DNA of 64,000 nt from Leucoraja ocellata (Eukaryota), in the NCBI GenBank assembly GCA_036785375.1, contig JAWMAR010000026.1:12028001-12092000 (forward strand), read 5' to 3'. How positions within the stretch are numbered: position 1 is the first letter of the stretch; each line of letters opens with the position of its first letter. The translations under genes and the position numbers were made by a program. The notes beneath the pieces were generated by a model that worked only from the letters and a program-made list of their open reading frames with translations, had not been told where the DNA came from and made no database searches. Shown one piece after another: positions 11,519-24,644 of the stretch.

Positions 11519-14500
11519 GTACATGAACGATCTCATGTAAACTTATATAAATGCCAAAATATTCCGAACTATTCCTGGCTTAACTGATGAAATGTATTTT
11601 TCTATTTGTCTGTCAGTTTTGTTTTTCATGCCAATGTACTATCAAAAGAGTTGGTTCTACATTGAATATAATTAACCAAATCTTAAACGTTTTTCCAACA
11701 GCTGCTGAAAAAACTGCGATCCACGTTACCCAAATTCCAGAACGAAAGGTTATATTGAAGGGAGCAAACGTCACCTTTCACTGCATAATCCCACTTGCGG
11801 ATGACAGTTCGGGAATCGAAGTGCGTTGGCGAAAACAGGGCGATAATGAATATATACAAAGCGACGCTGATGGCAGAAAACGATTCACCGTCAAAAATAG
11901 ATCAGGCGGATATTTTGATTTACTGAACACGACCTACGAGGATTCGGGAAACTATCGCTGTGTAGTCATGCGTCAGGGGGAAATTAGCGGAGAAGGAACA
12001 GGGTCAGAACTAACAGTATGTGGTGAGTGACGAAAGTGGACAGAATACTTGAGAATATTGCACAAGAATTATATCTCTATATTAGAGTTCCGATTTGTGA
12101 GAGAGAAGGGCCCCATGAAATTATGTGAAAACCATACAATTTGATGCTCGTTTTATTGAATGTACAAGGTTCAATATTATTATGCCGAAAATATATGTTA
12201 AAATACAGCAAATAAGATGTATTTCAAACAAGTAACAATAGCTTTCATTCAAGAGATCATCACACCTTCAAATACGATCCAGCATAAATCACTATCAATT
12301 GCACCTCCAAAAGATTCCACATTTCATGTCATTGAACGCTGGTTGAGTTGAAACAAAATTAACTTTCCGCGGCGGTTCTTGCGCTCCGCTGTATAAGTAA
12401 CAGATGTCAATAATTCGTTAACTTCTGTCTTCAAGGGATCGGGTAAAATATGTGGATTTCTAAACAAGCTTCTCCTACTGTCTGTTTAATTTCATTCCAG
12501 TAATATGATATTTTCGCACTCTGTCCCACAGCCCTTCCAACTCCACTGAAGATTAACTGGACATCCGAGAGCAATTCATCTGCAGCTACAACGCTTGTCT
12601 GTAAAACGGCCGAGTTTTACCCGGGTGATCTAACCCTTCTATGGTATAAAAATAGCGTTGCTGTTACAGCTAAGGCTGATGCCATTAAACAGAAAAACAG
12701 TGAAGGGCTGTACACGGCTTCCAGTTCATTATCCATGACGCAGTCGGAGGCGAACGGGAATATTTACATTTGTCTGGTGATACACATCTCCCTCCAAAGA
12801 CCCGCCATTGCCACGCACGCCCTTCTCAAACCCGGCCAAGGTATGACTTGAAACACCGTATAATTTTATAACTTATTATTGAAGTCTGCGTTTCTGGATG
12901 TTGACAAAGTTACGTTTAAAGGGATCACAAATAATAATAAATATAATAATAATATTAATAATAATAATAATAATAAAAATAATATCGTCGTAATGACTGT
13001 CTATTCTAACGGGTCCCAGAAAAACTTATTATTTCTGGTAACTCTGGAAGTATGTATATGAGATGGAAGGGATGGTATTTATTTTCCCTCTAAACATTTT
13101 GCGTCGTTTGCTCATTCTCCAGAGGCTTCATACTAAATTTATTGTTTAGTTTATATTGCCGGATTTCGTGACAGATGTCGAGGAACGTGTCTTTGTTCTG
13201 GAGCCTGCCCCTAAAATAGTGCATCTCGAGATTCCAGTATTGAGCTGTCAGGATGTTTCCTTTCCAAGCCATGGGCAATGGGCTCGGAAGGTCCCTCCTT
13301 TGCTTGACACGGCCTAATCTTTTTCACTAATATCGTATTAAATTATGGATTCACAGAAATAATGGCAATGTATATTTATATTTTACCTTTAACTGGATAT
13401 GTGCGTCAATGGTGAGGGCTAAGGTTATTGCCAATCCCCGGCTGCTCGAGAAAATGTGTTTTACGCCTTCAATAATGGTTGCAATCCCTGTGTATTCACA
13501 GGGCAACATATATGGAACTACGGCTATGATGGTGGAATGCGAAATGTGCCTACTTTTTTTGCCCTCGCTGATGGAAGTAGCCGATTTAGTAGCTACTGTC
13601 GACCAATCTTGGCGAGCCCTATATTTTTATGTGCTTCACAGGCACTATTGCGATGCAGGATCTAACAAATAATAACATAAGCAGGATCTGAAGAAGGGCC
13701 GAAACGCGCCCATTCCTTCTTTCCAGAGATGCTGCCTGTCCCGCTGAGTCACCCCAGCATTTTGTGCCTTAAACCAGTATCTGCAGTTTTTTCCTCCACA
13801 ATAAAATGAGCATGATGCACTGATCCTTGCTACTGCAGATCAGCGAAGGATATTAAATAAACTATTTTACTCAATTCAAGCGAATTGTTAGTCAGACTAT
13901 GGGGCGCCATTGTCAAGTAAAAGAAACATTACTCCCTTCCACCAATACTTATTCCCCTGATTTAAATAATGCTCAGTACACCGGAGACTGATACGGTGCA
14001 AATTATTCACGGCAGCCAAATTACTCAGGTCGCATGTTACATTTTGCCAGTAAAAAATAATTACTGATGTCAGAATAAAAAATACTTTAAAAATGAAATG
14101 CAAATTTGACTATCTTTTTACAGTTATCTCGCGCTGCTCCGTGTAGTTACCGTAAGCTTAGAAATCAGTTCAGTCACAAGTAATTCCAATAACGATTCTT
14201 TTAATGTATCAAAAGTGCCCAAAGTGTAATTCATTATTTTTCCTCATCTTCCAGAACTCGCTAACCAATATCTCTATATCTGGGCTTCTGGGGTCGGTGG
14301 AATCGCCATTTTGGTGTTTGTATTTATCATTGTCCTGAGGTGCCGTTCGACAAATAAAAGTAAGTATTATGCTCACCGATGTGTTTTCTGAGAACCTAGA
14401 CAACAATGTAGATAATTAATACAATTTCTAAATGATAGAGCTGCTATGCAATTTTGCAGGAATTTGAATTGCACCGGACATGACAGATAATTCAGTATTT

Positions 14501-17500
14501 ATAATTTAATAGTGATCACAGAAGAAAGAAATAGAAATATTGTTCTGCTTATTTGCAAGAGTATGTTTGAATTTTAGATATGGAAAAGTGAAATCTAGAT
14601 GAATTTCAGGTGCAACTGCTTTGAGCAGGATGGTATTAGTGCCCAGTCGAGAGGAAATAGCGGATGCTTGGCGGGATCACACTTTTAAATTAAATATGAT
14701 ATGTCAAAATAATTCCCAACCACAAATGCAAACTTTGGGCTGTTCATTAAGGAATTGTAGAAAACGATCCTAATTTGCTGCACATGAAAATTCAATTCAC
14801 ACCATGATCTCTTATTGATAAACTTTCTAACATTGTTTCAAACGTTCTCATTTGGTTGTATCTGCAAGAGTCCTCCAACTACCCACCTCCCGCCGCCACA
14901 GTTCATTCATAATCTTTTTCGCGATATGATGCATTATAGACACGGTTTGCAATCGCAATCGAAGTCAAAGGGGGGTAGTATTTAGACGCAGCAGTGTGAA
15001 GCGTTGTGAACACTTTTTTTCGAAAAGGTATTTGAAGTAAAATCTCATGTGACGAATGCAGTATAGATCTCAATGTAACCGTTGGAGTATGACATGAACA
15101 CGTTAATGTTGCTTAGATATATGATCTTGTCGTTTTTTATCTGATTTAGAATAAATAATGTTGTAAACGCACAAAAATATCGTTGAATATTAAGAAACAT
15201 GAAAACTAGAGGGAGACAGAAAGGACTGGATAGAGGGGATGTGTAGAGGATGTTTCCACTTGTGGGAGAGTCTAGGACCAGAGGCCATAGCCTTAGAATA
15301 AAATGACGTACATTTAGAACGAAAGTGAGGAGGAATTTCGTCAGTCAGGATGGTGAATCCGTGGAAGTCATTGCCACAGAAGACTATGAAGGCCAAGAGA
15401 ATGGATAGGTTTAATGGCGGAGAGTGATAGATTCTTGATTAGCACGTGTGTCAAAGGTTATGGGGAGAAGGCAGGAGAATGAGGTTGAGAGGGAAAGACA
15501 GGTTAGCCATAATTGAATGGCGGAGTAGAATTGATAGGGCGAATGGCTTAATTCTGCTCTTATAATTTATTAATTTATGAACAGTAAACGTTGTATTTGC
15601 ATGGACAGTTGCATTCTGCATTTGAAGTAAGATAACGTTTCTCTCTCAAATAACGCCTGTCTTAAATAACTCAATTATTCACGAGTTTATTTTAAATTAA
15701 TCCTATCGTACTAGAAACATAATCTTATGTTTCCTCTCTCCGTGAAATTCATTATGTCCTCGTTAAAGAAAGAACGGTTCTTATAATTGCACCAACCCTC
15801 AAAGTCCTGCATCGTTTAACGATGTTCTCGGATACGAATTTAACCCGAATTTCAATAAATGCAATCATCATCTGATATTGCTTGATGCATTGGATGGGCA
15901 ATTTCATTGACGAGTCCGCTAAGCTCCAGAAATGCTCTTCGTCACTTTTACAATTCACCATGTTCAGGCATATTCATAATCGAATATATGTGTGACTCTG
16001 CATTGCCCGCCATTTTTGCTGAATGGATAGCACATTGGCTCCATGGAAGGAAGCAGAGAGTGATAGTGGAAGGTTGCTTCTCAGAATGGAGGCCGGTGAC
16101 TAGTGGTGTGCCACAGGGTTCGGTGCTGGGCCCGTTACTGTTTGTCATCTACATCAATGATTTGGATGAGAACATACAGGGGCAGGTTAGCAAGTTTGCT
16201 GATGATACAAAAGTCAGTGGTTTTGTAGATAGTGAAGAAGGTTGGGAACGATTGCAGCATGATCTGGATCGATTGGCCAGGTGGGCAGAGGAATGCCCAC
16301 GGGACGTCGAACAAGGGCAGGACCAACACAGTAAATGGTAGGCCTCTGGGTAGTGGTGTAGGGCAGAGAGATCTAGGAGTACAAGTGCATGGTTCCTTGA
16401 AGGTCGAGTCACAAGTTGGTCAAAAAGGCTTTTGGCACTTTGACCTTCATCAGTCAGAGTATTGAGTATAGACATTGGGAGGTCATGTTGCAGTGGTATA
16501 AGAAGTTGGTGAGACCGCATTTAGAATATTGTGTTCAGTTCTCGACACCATGTTATAGGAAAGACGTTGTCAAGCTTGAAATGGTCCAGAAAAGATTTAC
16601 GAGGATGTTGCCAGGGCTAGAGGGTGTGAGCTATAGGGAGAGGTTGAGTAGGCTGGGTCTCTATTCCATGGAGCGTAGGAGGATGACGGGAGATAGAGAT
16701 ATATTAAATCACGAGAGGAATAGATCGGGTAGATGCACAGTCTTGCCCAGAGTTGGGGAATCGAGGGCGTAGGTTCTAGGTGAAGGGGAAATGATTTAAT
16801 AGGAATCCGAGGGGTGACTTTTTCACACAGTGGGTGTATGGAACAAGCTGCCAAAGGAGGTAATTGAGGCGGGGACTATCCCATCGTTTAAGAAACAGTT
16901 GGACCGCTAACTGGATAGGATAGGTTTGGGTGGTTATGGACCAAGCGCAGGCAAGTGGGTCTAGGGTAGCTGGAACATTATTGGCCAGTGTGGACGAGTT
17001 GGGCCGAAGGGCCTGTTTCCACAGTGTATCACTCTATGACTGCATGATTCTATTTAATCTCATTGCTTATTGCTTTCCCTGCATACAATGATAGGCTCTT
17101 GTTTAACTGTTACATTAAAACAGTATTAATAGGACACGGGGAAATGTTTTACCGTTATTTATAATTTAATTTCATTAACTTTTAGAGCAAAGGAGTACCG
17201 GGGGCCATGAAGAATCGGTATGCATTTATGTATATATACATATATATTACATTTGAGGAAACGGTTGAAGCATCTATAAACAAGGTTGTAAAACAAGTAT
17301 TCTGCTAGAACTATTTCGCAAAAGTATCCATCGCTATCGCGAATCTGTCAAATTGTGTTTAACATTCATTTGACGGCAGTTGCGACGTTAGTGTAAATGG
17401 TTATAGGAAGAGACAATTTAAATTGATTAATTAATTCCGCATATACGTAGATAATAACTACATTAATCGCTCCAAGTCTTACGTTTGAACTGAGTAATTC

Positions 17501-18848
17501 CACCTAGTGATGCTGAAACCCATCAAGTTTAAGTTCAGTGGATATATTCTACTTAAAACCCATACAAGTCTTATAGTTTTAGATTTATAAACCATATATT
17601 TTGTATGTGTTTGGAATTACTCCATTGCGCTCACTGGCAAATACGCAAGCAACGATAATGGCACTTGTGCAGTCATGTGAATTATTTTCTTCCTGATCCA
17701 TGCAGGTTGAGGCGAACAACATCCTGACTTATTCTGCTGTAGATATGAGCAATTCCAAAAGGAAAGGGAGACAGAAAAGCGAAGAGGAGACATCCTATGC
17801 ACAAGTAAGATTCTGCAGCACATGAAGAAAACATAGAAAGCGACGCAGAAAATAGGTGCAAAAGAGCCATATCCTAATGTCATAAATCATGAGACATAGG
17901 GGCAGGTACTGGCCATTCAGCCCATCGAGTCTGCTCCGTCATTGGATCATGGTTGATCTATTTTTCCCACTCAACCTAATTTTGCTGCCATATCCCTGTA
18001 ATTTTTGACAACCTTACTAATCAAGAACATGTCAATCTTTGCTTGAAAAATATCCAACAAATTGTCCGCCACATCCGTCAGTGAATCTTCTATCCAAGAG
18101 TCAAGCGTCAAGAATGTTTTATAGTCATATGTCCCATCCACGCTAGTACCTTGCCTCTAACTCCATGGACTCCTATCTTGTTTAGGAACTGCATGTGCGT
18201 CCTGAAAATCCAAGTAAACATGGTCCATGGTCTCTCCTTTGTCCATCTCCCCTTAAAACTATGCTGACTTCGGCCTGTTTCACAATATTTTAAGTACCCC
18301 GAAACCTCATCATTCATAATGTACACTAATATCAGACCAACCACTGAATATCTGGGATTGTTGGCACAAGCGACTGCAGATGATGGAATCCAGTGCAAAA
18401 AAAAAAACAACGACGCATCACCAGGCCAGCCTGCATCCGTGGAATGAAAAAATCAAGCGACATTTTAATCCGAAGAAGGGTCGCGATCCATCACATAGTT
18501 TGTTATTTTTCTTCCACATGTGTTGCCAGGCCTACAGTGTTCGCTCCAGTCTATTTACTCAATATCTGCGTTTGTCCCAACGTTGGTAGTGTGGTGCGTC
18601 TAAAGTTGTGCGGGTGTTTTTGATACCTGACTAGATCCGCGGGCCACAACCTGGTTCAACAATTACATCTTTTGCAACCGTTGGTTTTTCAGGTAAAACA
18701 ACGGACCGCCCGGGAAGTACTTACATACGCATCTGTGGAATTGTCTCAACCCGGGAATGCTGGTAAAGTTAAACCTAGGGATAAGGTCACGGAATATGCT
18801 GCGCTGCAGACGGCAAATCCACGAAGAGTAAAAGATGACGGAAAGTAA
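11473..18848 (+). CDS. Gene A (span): Ig-superfamily V(J)-C1-TM receptor with a four-tyrosine inhibitory tail, SIRP-alpha/NCR3-like, ~355 aa; exons 11473-11518, 11702-12022, 12532-12840, 14255-14359, 17186-17217, 17706-17804, 18693-18848
   Basis: All introns are GT..AG with consistent phases (1,1,1,1,0,0). The exons join into an open 1068-nt CDS with one domain per exon (signal, V, C1, TM, three cytoplasmic exons). Confidence 0.88.
11702..12022 (+). CDS. Gene A exon 2, V-set Ig domain with J-like G strand
   Basis: [36 protein letters not shown]: B-strand Cys, C-strand Trp, DxGxYxC and GxG motifs. Acceptor ttttccaacag, donor G|GTGAGT. Confidence 0.95.
12532..12840 (+). CDS. Gene A exon 3, C1-set Ig domain (not in the ORF track)
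   Basis: Translates as [54 protein letters not shown], with the FYP and YxCxVxH C1 signatures. Acceptor ctgtcccacag, donor G|GTATGA. Confidence 0.95.
12930..12983. repeat. (AAT)n microsatellite
   Basis: Directly visible. Confidence 0.9.
14255..14359 (+). CDS. Gene A exon 4, transmembrane segment
   Basis: [35 protein letters not shown]; polypyrimidine acceptor ..tcttccag, donor A|GTAAGT; phase 1/1. Confidence 0.9.
15190..15580 (+). mobile_element. CR1 3' fragment
   Basis: Similar to the 4130-4490 3' region. Confidence 0.8.
16015..17052 (+). mobile_element. CR1 RT/3' fragment
   Basis: [26 protein letters not shown]; [10 protein letters not shown]. Confidence 0.9.
17186..17217 (+). CDS. Gene A exon 5, short cytoplasmic exon ([11 protein letters not shown])
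   Basis: Acceptor cttttag, donor TCG|GTATGC. Its 32 nt convert phase 1 to the phase 0 needed by exon 6. Confidence 0.7.
17706..17804 (+). CDS. Gene A exon 6, cytoplasmic ITIM (LTYSAV) plus ITSM (TSYAQ|V)
   Basis: [33 protein letters not shown]; acceptor ..catgcag, donor CAA|GTAAGA. Confidence 0.85.
17878..18350 (-). mobile_element. Degenerate CR1 fragment in gene A intron 6
   Basis: Antisense CR1 3' UTR plus deleted RT pieces. Confidence 0.7.
18693..18848 (+). CDS. Gene A exon 7, terminal exon with ITIM (LTYASV) and ITSM-like TEYAAL
   Basis: [51 protein letters not shown]; acceptor gtttttcag. Confidence 0.85.
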   Translation, partial: VKQRTAREVLTYASVELSQPGNAGKVKPRDKVTEYAALQTANPRRVKDDGK

Positions 18849-21800
18849 TCAAGGAAATTCCATAGACTACGATGGCCTGGTAATACTTTACGGTCCATGC
18901 AGTAAAGGGTCTTCATTATGTACACGTTCACATCCACCTATGTTATAGAAATACCGAAATTGGACCTATTACACAACAGTCATATTAATCTTTAAGTATT
19001 CAAGATTATCTGTTTGCAATCGATGAATTCTAAAAAAATAATCACAATAACTTAGTTATTTAAAACTATTAAAATATATTAACAGCATGCATTAATTGTA
19101 CATGTCATGCTATTTTCCTATCTGTTTGTGCATCCCATCCCATTGTTTATACAGAAATATTAAGATACCTTCTGGAACTGAAAGACAATTAAAAAAAAAC
19201 AAATTTCCCTTCAAATCCAGTATATCCCGGCTTCTTTTCTAGCCGACACTCTTGGAGTATTCGTTACAACATTTCCGCTCTTTGGATCTTCCATGGAATT
19301 TCTGAATTCCACTTTAAATGATGGTAGAATGTCATATTTGTACGCAATGTTGGTTGGCTGTCCAATCTTTTCCTGGCCGCATATTCCAATTACTTCCGAA
19401 GCCCCAAAACTCTGGGATAATCAATTTACAAAACGGTGGTTAGAATCTTCTAAGACTAACAATATTCCACGGTGCTGCATGCGATTTTATTTGTGTGAAG
19501 ATATAAGCACTATCCGCTTTATATAAACATATATACATATACATGTAAAGCCCATAGGAAAGAGCGAATAGAATACCACCGCCTATTACATCTGAAGCAG
19601 CTAATCGCTTGTATTTGAACTTGAAATTGCGGAAGGCGACGCAAATTAGCATCGCTTTTTTGTTACTGTCATGGGAGAGTTCTTGTGTACGTCATCAAAC
19701 GGGAGGATCGATACATTCGTATGTGTTTTACATGCCAGAAGCATTGCAACATTAAAATGGCATCGTTATTTTCTCTCTAAATAATTACATCTTCCTCCAA
19801 AGTCTCCATAGTCATCAGTATTCCTCCTTTTAACGCAAATGCTTAAAATATGGACCAGTTATTTGACTCAAATTCTGAAAATGAAAATAACTTAAAAATT
19901 CACACAATCCAACTATTTTGTAGAGCATTTTGCATCTCCATCCTATGATTTGTATGTCAACTTTGCTCAATGGCTATAATTCAACAATTGTTTATACACA
20001 TGTTACGGATTTGCAAGTTCACATCTAATTTCCGCAACTATTGTATTGAATGACCCTTTCTCAAATCGCTACATAACCTCAGCCCGCCTATTGTGGTCGC
20101 CTATTGTCAACTCTCACCTTCGCACCTTTTTCATCTATATTAATGTAAATTGGAACTTTCACGATAGCTTTGGGACAGCAATCGAAAGAAACTCAAAGGA
20201 AGTCAAAAAGTCAAGATCCATATTCTCCATTCTCTCGCTTCTTACCGAGGCTCAGGGAATATTGTTATATTTTCTAAGCAAAAGGTATCACCGCCCATTT
20301 GCATCTTCATTTGTATCTTCAAAAATACCGTTTTATTTCACATTTCTCTGCCATCTGCATTTGCTGCTATCTCTCCGTTCAGGTGTCCCCGCCAATATCT
20401 ATCTTCGGGATTTCACGTGATATATTTTAAATTGTCCAATCTCAGTTTCAGATTGTTGCCATCGTTAAATTTTGAGGTTTATCCCAAAACAATGTATATA
20501 TTCAGCGAATGAAAGCACTGCCTGTAAATGGTCCAGGATACACCCGCCATGAAATATTTGGATTCCAAACTGCTTCCCTTCACTCTGATATTTTTTATTT
20601 GAACCGTTCTACCCACTCTTGTTAGTTGTGAACATATCATTCAACGTTACCTTTGAGTTGCTTTCGCAATATTAACACGCTTCTAAATATAATCGACAAT
20701 GACGCATTAGTTTCCTGCGCCAAATATAAGCGGTTAATGAAGTAGGTACGGTTCTGCAGTTCGTTGCAAATTTAGCAGTTACCTGTCTGAAAATATGTCG
20801 TTTGGTGCATAACGGAAGTGCATAAAGCTCATGGATCAACACGCAACTGTCGCCTCAAAAACAGATTCTAATCGTTATTTTCCATTGCAATGTTTCCGAA
20901 GAAGAGTTTCTATTTTCCCCATCTCCAATATTACATTGTGTGGGCGTCTTGCTGAAAGAACAGTAACAAAGTGATGTTGTATACGTGAAAGCATCCACAA
21001 ATAGCTTGATAACTGTATAATGCTTATTTGGCTCTGTTCAACCGCAAACGTGTATTTACGAAGTTCACATCTACCTAGTGACTTGATATTTACCCCCATC
21101 AAACCTACTCCCTGATCTTTAGATTAATTTACCACGTGATTTTTCACCATAAGCCAAAGGACACGATTTGGCAAGAAATTGAAACAGTTTTTTTTCTCTT
21201 TGGAAAACACAATTTTAGTGAATCAATGCATTGTCGGGGCTCTGTAAACAAGGCAAAAACACGATGGATTATGAAGAATAGCAACTTATTTATTAAACGA
21301 TTTATTAGTGGAAACAAGCCCATCTCCAAGTTAAAGGTACAACTATGGACACTCACACGGGCCCTAGCTGTGCCCGCCTTTTTGTCACTTACGTCAAACA
21401 GTTATTTTTCCAGGTGTGCACTGGCACACTCCCCTGTGCAGAACTCATTGATTTCAGTAATATTACCATAACCTCCACCCTGCCCTTCTCCGGTTGATAG
21501 GGGGAAGATAAAACCAGATGTGTCGATATTGCCGTTGAATAAAGGTAACTACAGAGGCGTGAGGGGGGAGCTGGCTAAAAGTGATTGGAAAGATGCCCTA
21601 ACGGGAATGAAGGTGGAGCAGCAATGACACGACTTTCTGGGAGTAATTCGGAAGACACGGGGTCTTTTCATCCCAAAGCGGAAGAAACAAACTTCCTCTT
21701 TGGCAACCGTGGCTGGCATAGAAAGTCAAACACATAGGTTGTGGGCCAGCATCAAAAATGTGTCTAGAAATAGGATTTCGTGACCCAAGTCACCAAACTA

Positions 21801-22300
21801 CATGAAATTTTCACATATTGTGTAAAAACATCTATATAAATCACCCCTGAAACTCGATATGAAGAAGACTTGCACATTTTTATTAAATTAGAGAAAAACC
21901 AAAAAAATGTCGGGAATTTTTTAGTCCAAGCAAAGCACATTTAACATTGATTTGTCTGCCAGTTGGCCAATCACGCGCTTTGTTTCAGGCTAGCACACAA
22001 AATGGCTGAGGGGGCTTCACAGATGCCTGTTTTACTGGAGATTCCGATGTGTTGTTCTGTGGAATAAATGTCGTGGAAACTTGCAGCAGGTGATTGTATT
22101 TAGTGGGAAAAGCATTAAAAAGGCTGAAGAAAGTGCTGCGAAGTGGATTAAAGTGCAAGAAAGCCTTCAAAGTCTCTGCTGATGTGCTGGAACACAAAGA
22201 AGGCCCCCATGAATCAACTAACTGAAAGGTAAGTTTAAAGTCTGAATTTATGAAAATCTATCTGTATGGACTTTAATTAATTTAATTGCACCATTTTATA

Positions 22301-22538
22301 NNNNNNNNNNNNNNNNNNNNNNNNNNNNNNNNNNNNNNNNNNNNNNNNNNNNNNNNNNNNNNNNNNNNNNNNNNNNNNNNNNNNNNNNNNNNNNNNNNNN
22401 NNNNNNNNNNNNNNNNNNNNNNNNNNNNNNNNNNNNNNNNNNNNNNNNNNNNNNNNNNNNNNNNNNNNNNNNNNNNNNNNNNNNNNNNNNNNNNNNNNNN
22501 NNNNNNNNNNNNNNNNNNNNNNNNNNNNNNNNNNNNNN
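22301..22538. other. Assembly gap (N run)
   Basis: 238 N. Confidence 1.
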
Positions 22539-22570
22539 TTCATTCATGAAATTGAGGGCCTAAACTATAA

Positions 22571-23602
22571 TAGGTATGTTGCAAAACCTACCTGAATCGT
22601 CGTTGAGAATCTGCCCCAGCCCGTGTGCGCGATTTTGGCGCTGTTTAGAGGGGGCGGGTTTAAAACGCGATTTTTACTAGGCTGTTGCAATCGAAAATGT
22701 TCAGCCTAGTAAATCATTAACGAAAAATCGCTGAAAGACCCCGTCGCAAAAGGTATTATTCGTTTTTATGGCCTTGTATAATAGTTATAGTAGTTTAAAA
22801 ATCACTCTCTAAACCCGCGACCTCTCGCAGCCCCAGGGTTTTATAAAGCAAACAATTAAAGGTATGTACCTTATTTTTACATATACATTAAGAACCCTGT
22901 ATATAAAGTTTTCTATAGCGAGTAGTTCATTTTGGGCTCTTTATATCCCGCAGTATTTTTCTGGGCATTTGAGGGCACAAATCCACTGCAATGTGAACGT
23001 TCTAAACCAGCGCATTCACAGGAACCCACTAGAAAGCTGATTTAAAATGGACTTTAATTTACTGCAATTGAACACTAAATTCCTTCCATTTGACCTATAA
23101 ATTAATGTAAATGAGATTTTAAAATCATGTTTTATTGTGAATTATTTATGAATATTATTTGGACACTTGGGCTATTTAAAAACGTTAATCATTTATTAAG
23201 AAATGGATAGATGTTTAGATCTAGTAATTGAAGTTTGAAATTAGCTACACTTGGGTAACTAACTAATTATATGCTTTAATTTCAGGTCATCCAAGTTAGA
23301 TTATTTTATGTTTGTTTCAGAATGGTTCAATCTACGATAACTGAAAATTTCATTCAGTTCTCTTAATTTTTAAGAAGGTTATGGCCTTTTGACAGCACAC
23401 GATCACAGCTTTTTTGTTATGTCCATAGAAAATCAATAGGGAACAAGATGCTAATTTCTGAGTATGAAAATGGCCATAGCTTTTTAAATACTTGAGATAT
23501 GAAAGTGAATTAGGTGTCAAATTAAACTTATTTTTATGCTTTATCTGATGGGATAAATTACAGACTTGATTTTTTTAATCTCAAAATTTTGTAACATTGC
23601 TA
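22571..23602. mobile_element. Non-autonomous DNA transposon, copy 1 (TAG..CTA termini, ~16-bp imperfect TIR)
   Basis: TAGGTATGTTGCAAAA ... TTTTGTAACATTGCTA; flanked by ACTATAA on both sides; closely similar to 58756-59795. Confidence 0.85.
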
Positions 23603-24164
23603 ACTATAACACAGTCAATTAAACATTGTCACTAATGCCAGCCTGTTGTAGAGTAATAAGTCTTTAACAAATAATCTCGGAGCTGCCTGCGAAAATTTAC
23701 CGGGAAAAAGTGCTCCGACCGCGGGGTCTAGGTACTCGCGGTAATGTGAAGCCGCGGTCTCAATTAATAAGTGGCTGATTCGCGATCACGGAGCCGCGGA
23801 TCAACTCCGCTGGTGGGCAGGAGGGGGGGGGGGGGGGGGGGGAGAGGCTGTACATAGTGCCGTCTGCAGCGGTTGTTCGTATTCAGACCCCGATAACGGG
23901 AGAAAAACGGAGGGATATCGATCGCTCTTTACCGCGAGTACATATGTTTCGTTTATCTTACCATATTTGTGTGGATGTGTATGTATGTGAGTGTTGTTTG
24001 TCCCCGTTTGGTTCCGACCTGACTCGGGTGGGTTGAAGGTGGGTAAGGATAAGGGCTTTGAGGGTCGCTTACATACTGTTGCACAATTATGCCTTGACTG
24101 TCACTGTCTGTTATCATTGTATGTATGCAAATTGCTGTGAAATTCAAATAAAAAGATTTAAATC

Positions 24165-24644
24165 GATTCCTGGGATGTCAGGACTTCCATATGAAGAAAG
24201 ACTGGATAGGCGCGGCTTGTACTCGCTGGAATTTAGGAGATTGAGGGGGGGATCTTATAGAAACTTACAAAATTCTTAAGCGGTTGGACAGGCTAGATGC
24301 AGGAAGATTGTTCCCGATGTTGGGGGAAGTCCAGGACAAGGGGTCACAGCTTAAGGATAGAGGGAAAATCCTTTAGGATCGAGATGAGAATTTTATTTTT
24401 CACAAAGAGAGTGGTGAATCTCTTCAACTCTCTGCCACATAATGTAGTTGAGGCCAGTTCATTGGCTATATTTAAGAGGGAGTTAGATGTGGCCCTTGTG
24501 GCTAAAGGGATCAGGAGGTATGCAGAGAAGGCAGGTACGGGATACTGAGTTGGATGATCAGCCATGATCATATTGAATGGCGGTGCAGGCTCGAAGGGCC
24601 GAATGGCCTACTTCTGCACCTATTTTCTATGTTTCTATGTTTCT
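24165..24644 (+). mobile_element. Young CR1 3' fragment (same subfamily as 563-4504)
   Basis: Nearly identical to 4020-4504, including the (TTCTATGT)n tail. Confidence 0.92.

Noticed and set aside
11702-12840. Rearranging TCR or Ig light-chain locus
   Set aside because: A single V exon already contains the G strand; no separate J segments or RSS were seen; the TM lacks the charged residues of TCR; gene A has a long ITIM tail.
12023-12851. Secreted isoforms by read-through of the V or C1 exon donors (stops within 3-4 codons)
   Set aside because: Early stops are expected by chance in AT-rich introns; no independent support.
20780-20835. Possible minus-strand leader exon of a third Ig gene (ATG...CAG|GTAACT)
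   Set aside because: The peptide is not hydrophobic and no downstream V or C1 exon was found.
21735-22300. Possible further DNA transposon starting TAGG before the gap
   Set aside because: Interrupted by Ns; no matching terminus or TSD could be identified.
22277-22549. Poly-X ORFs in the ORF track
   Set aside because: Artefacts of the N gap.
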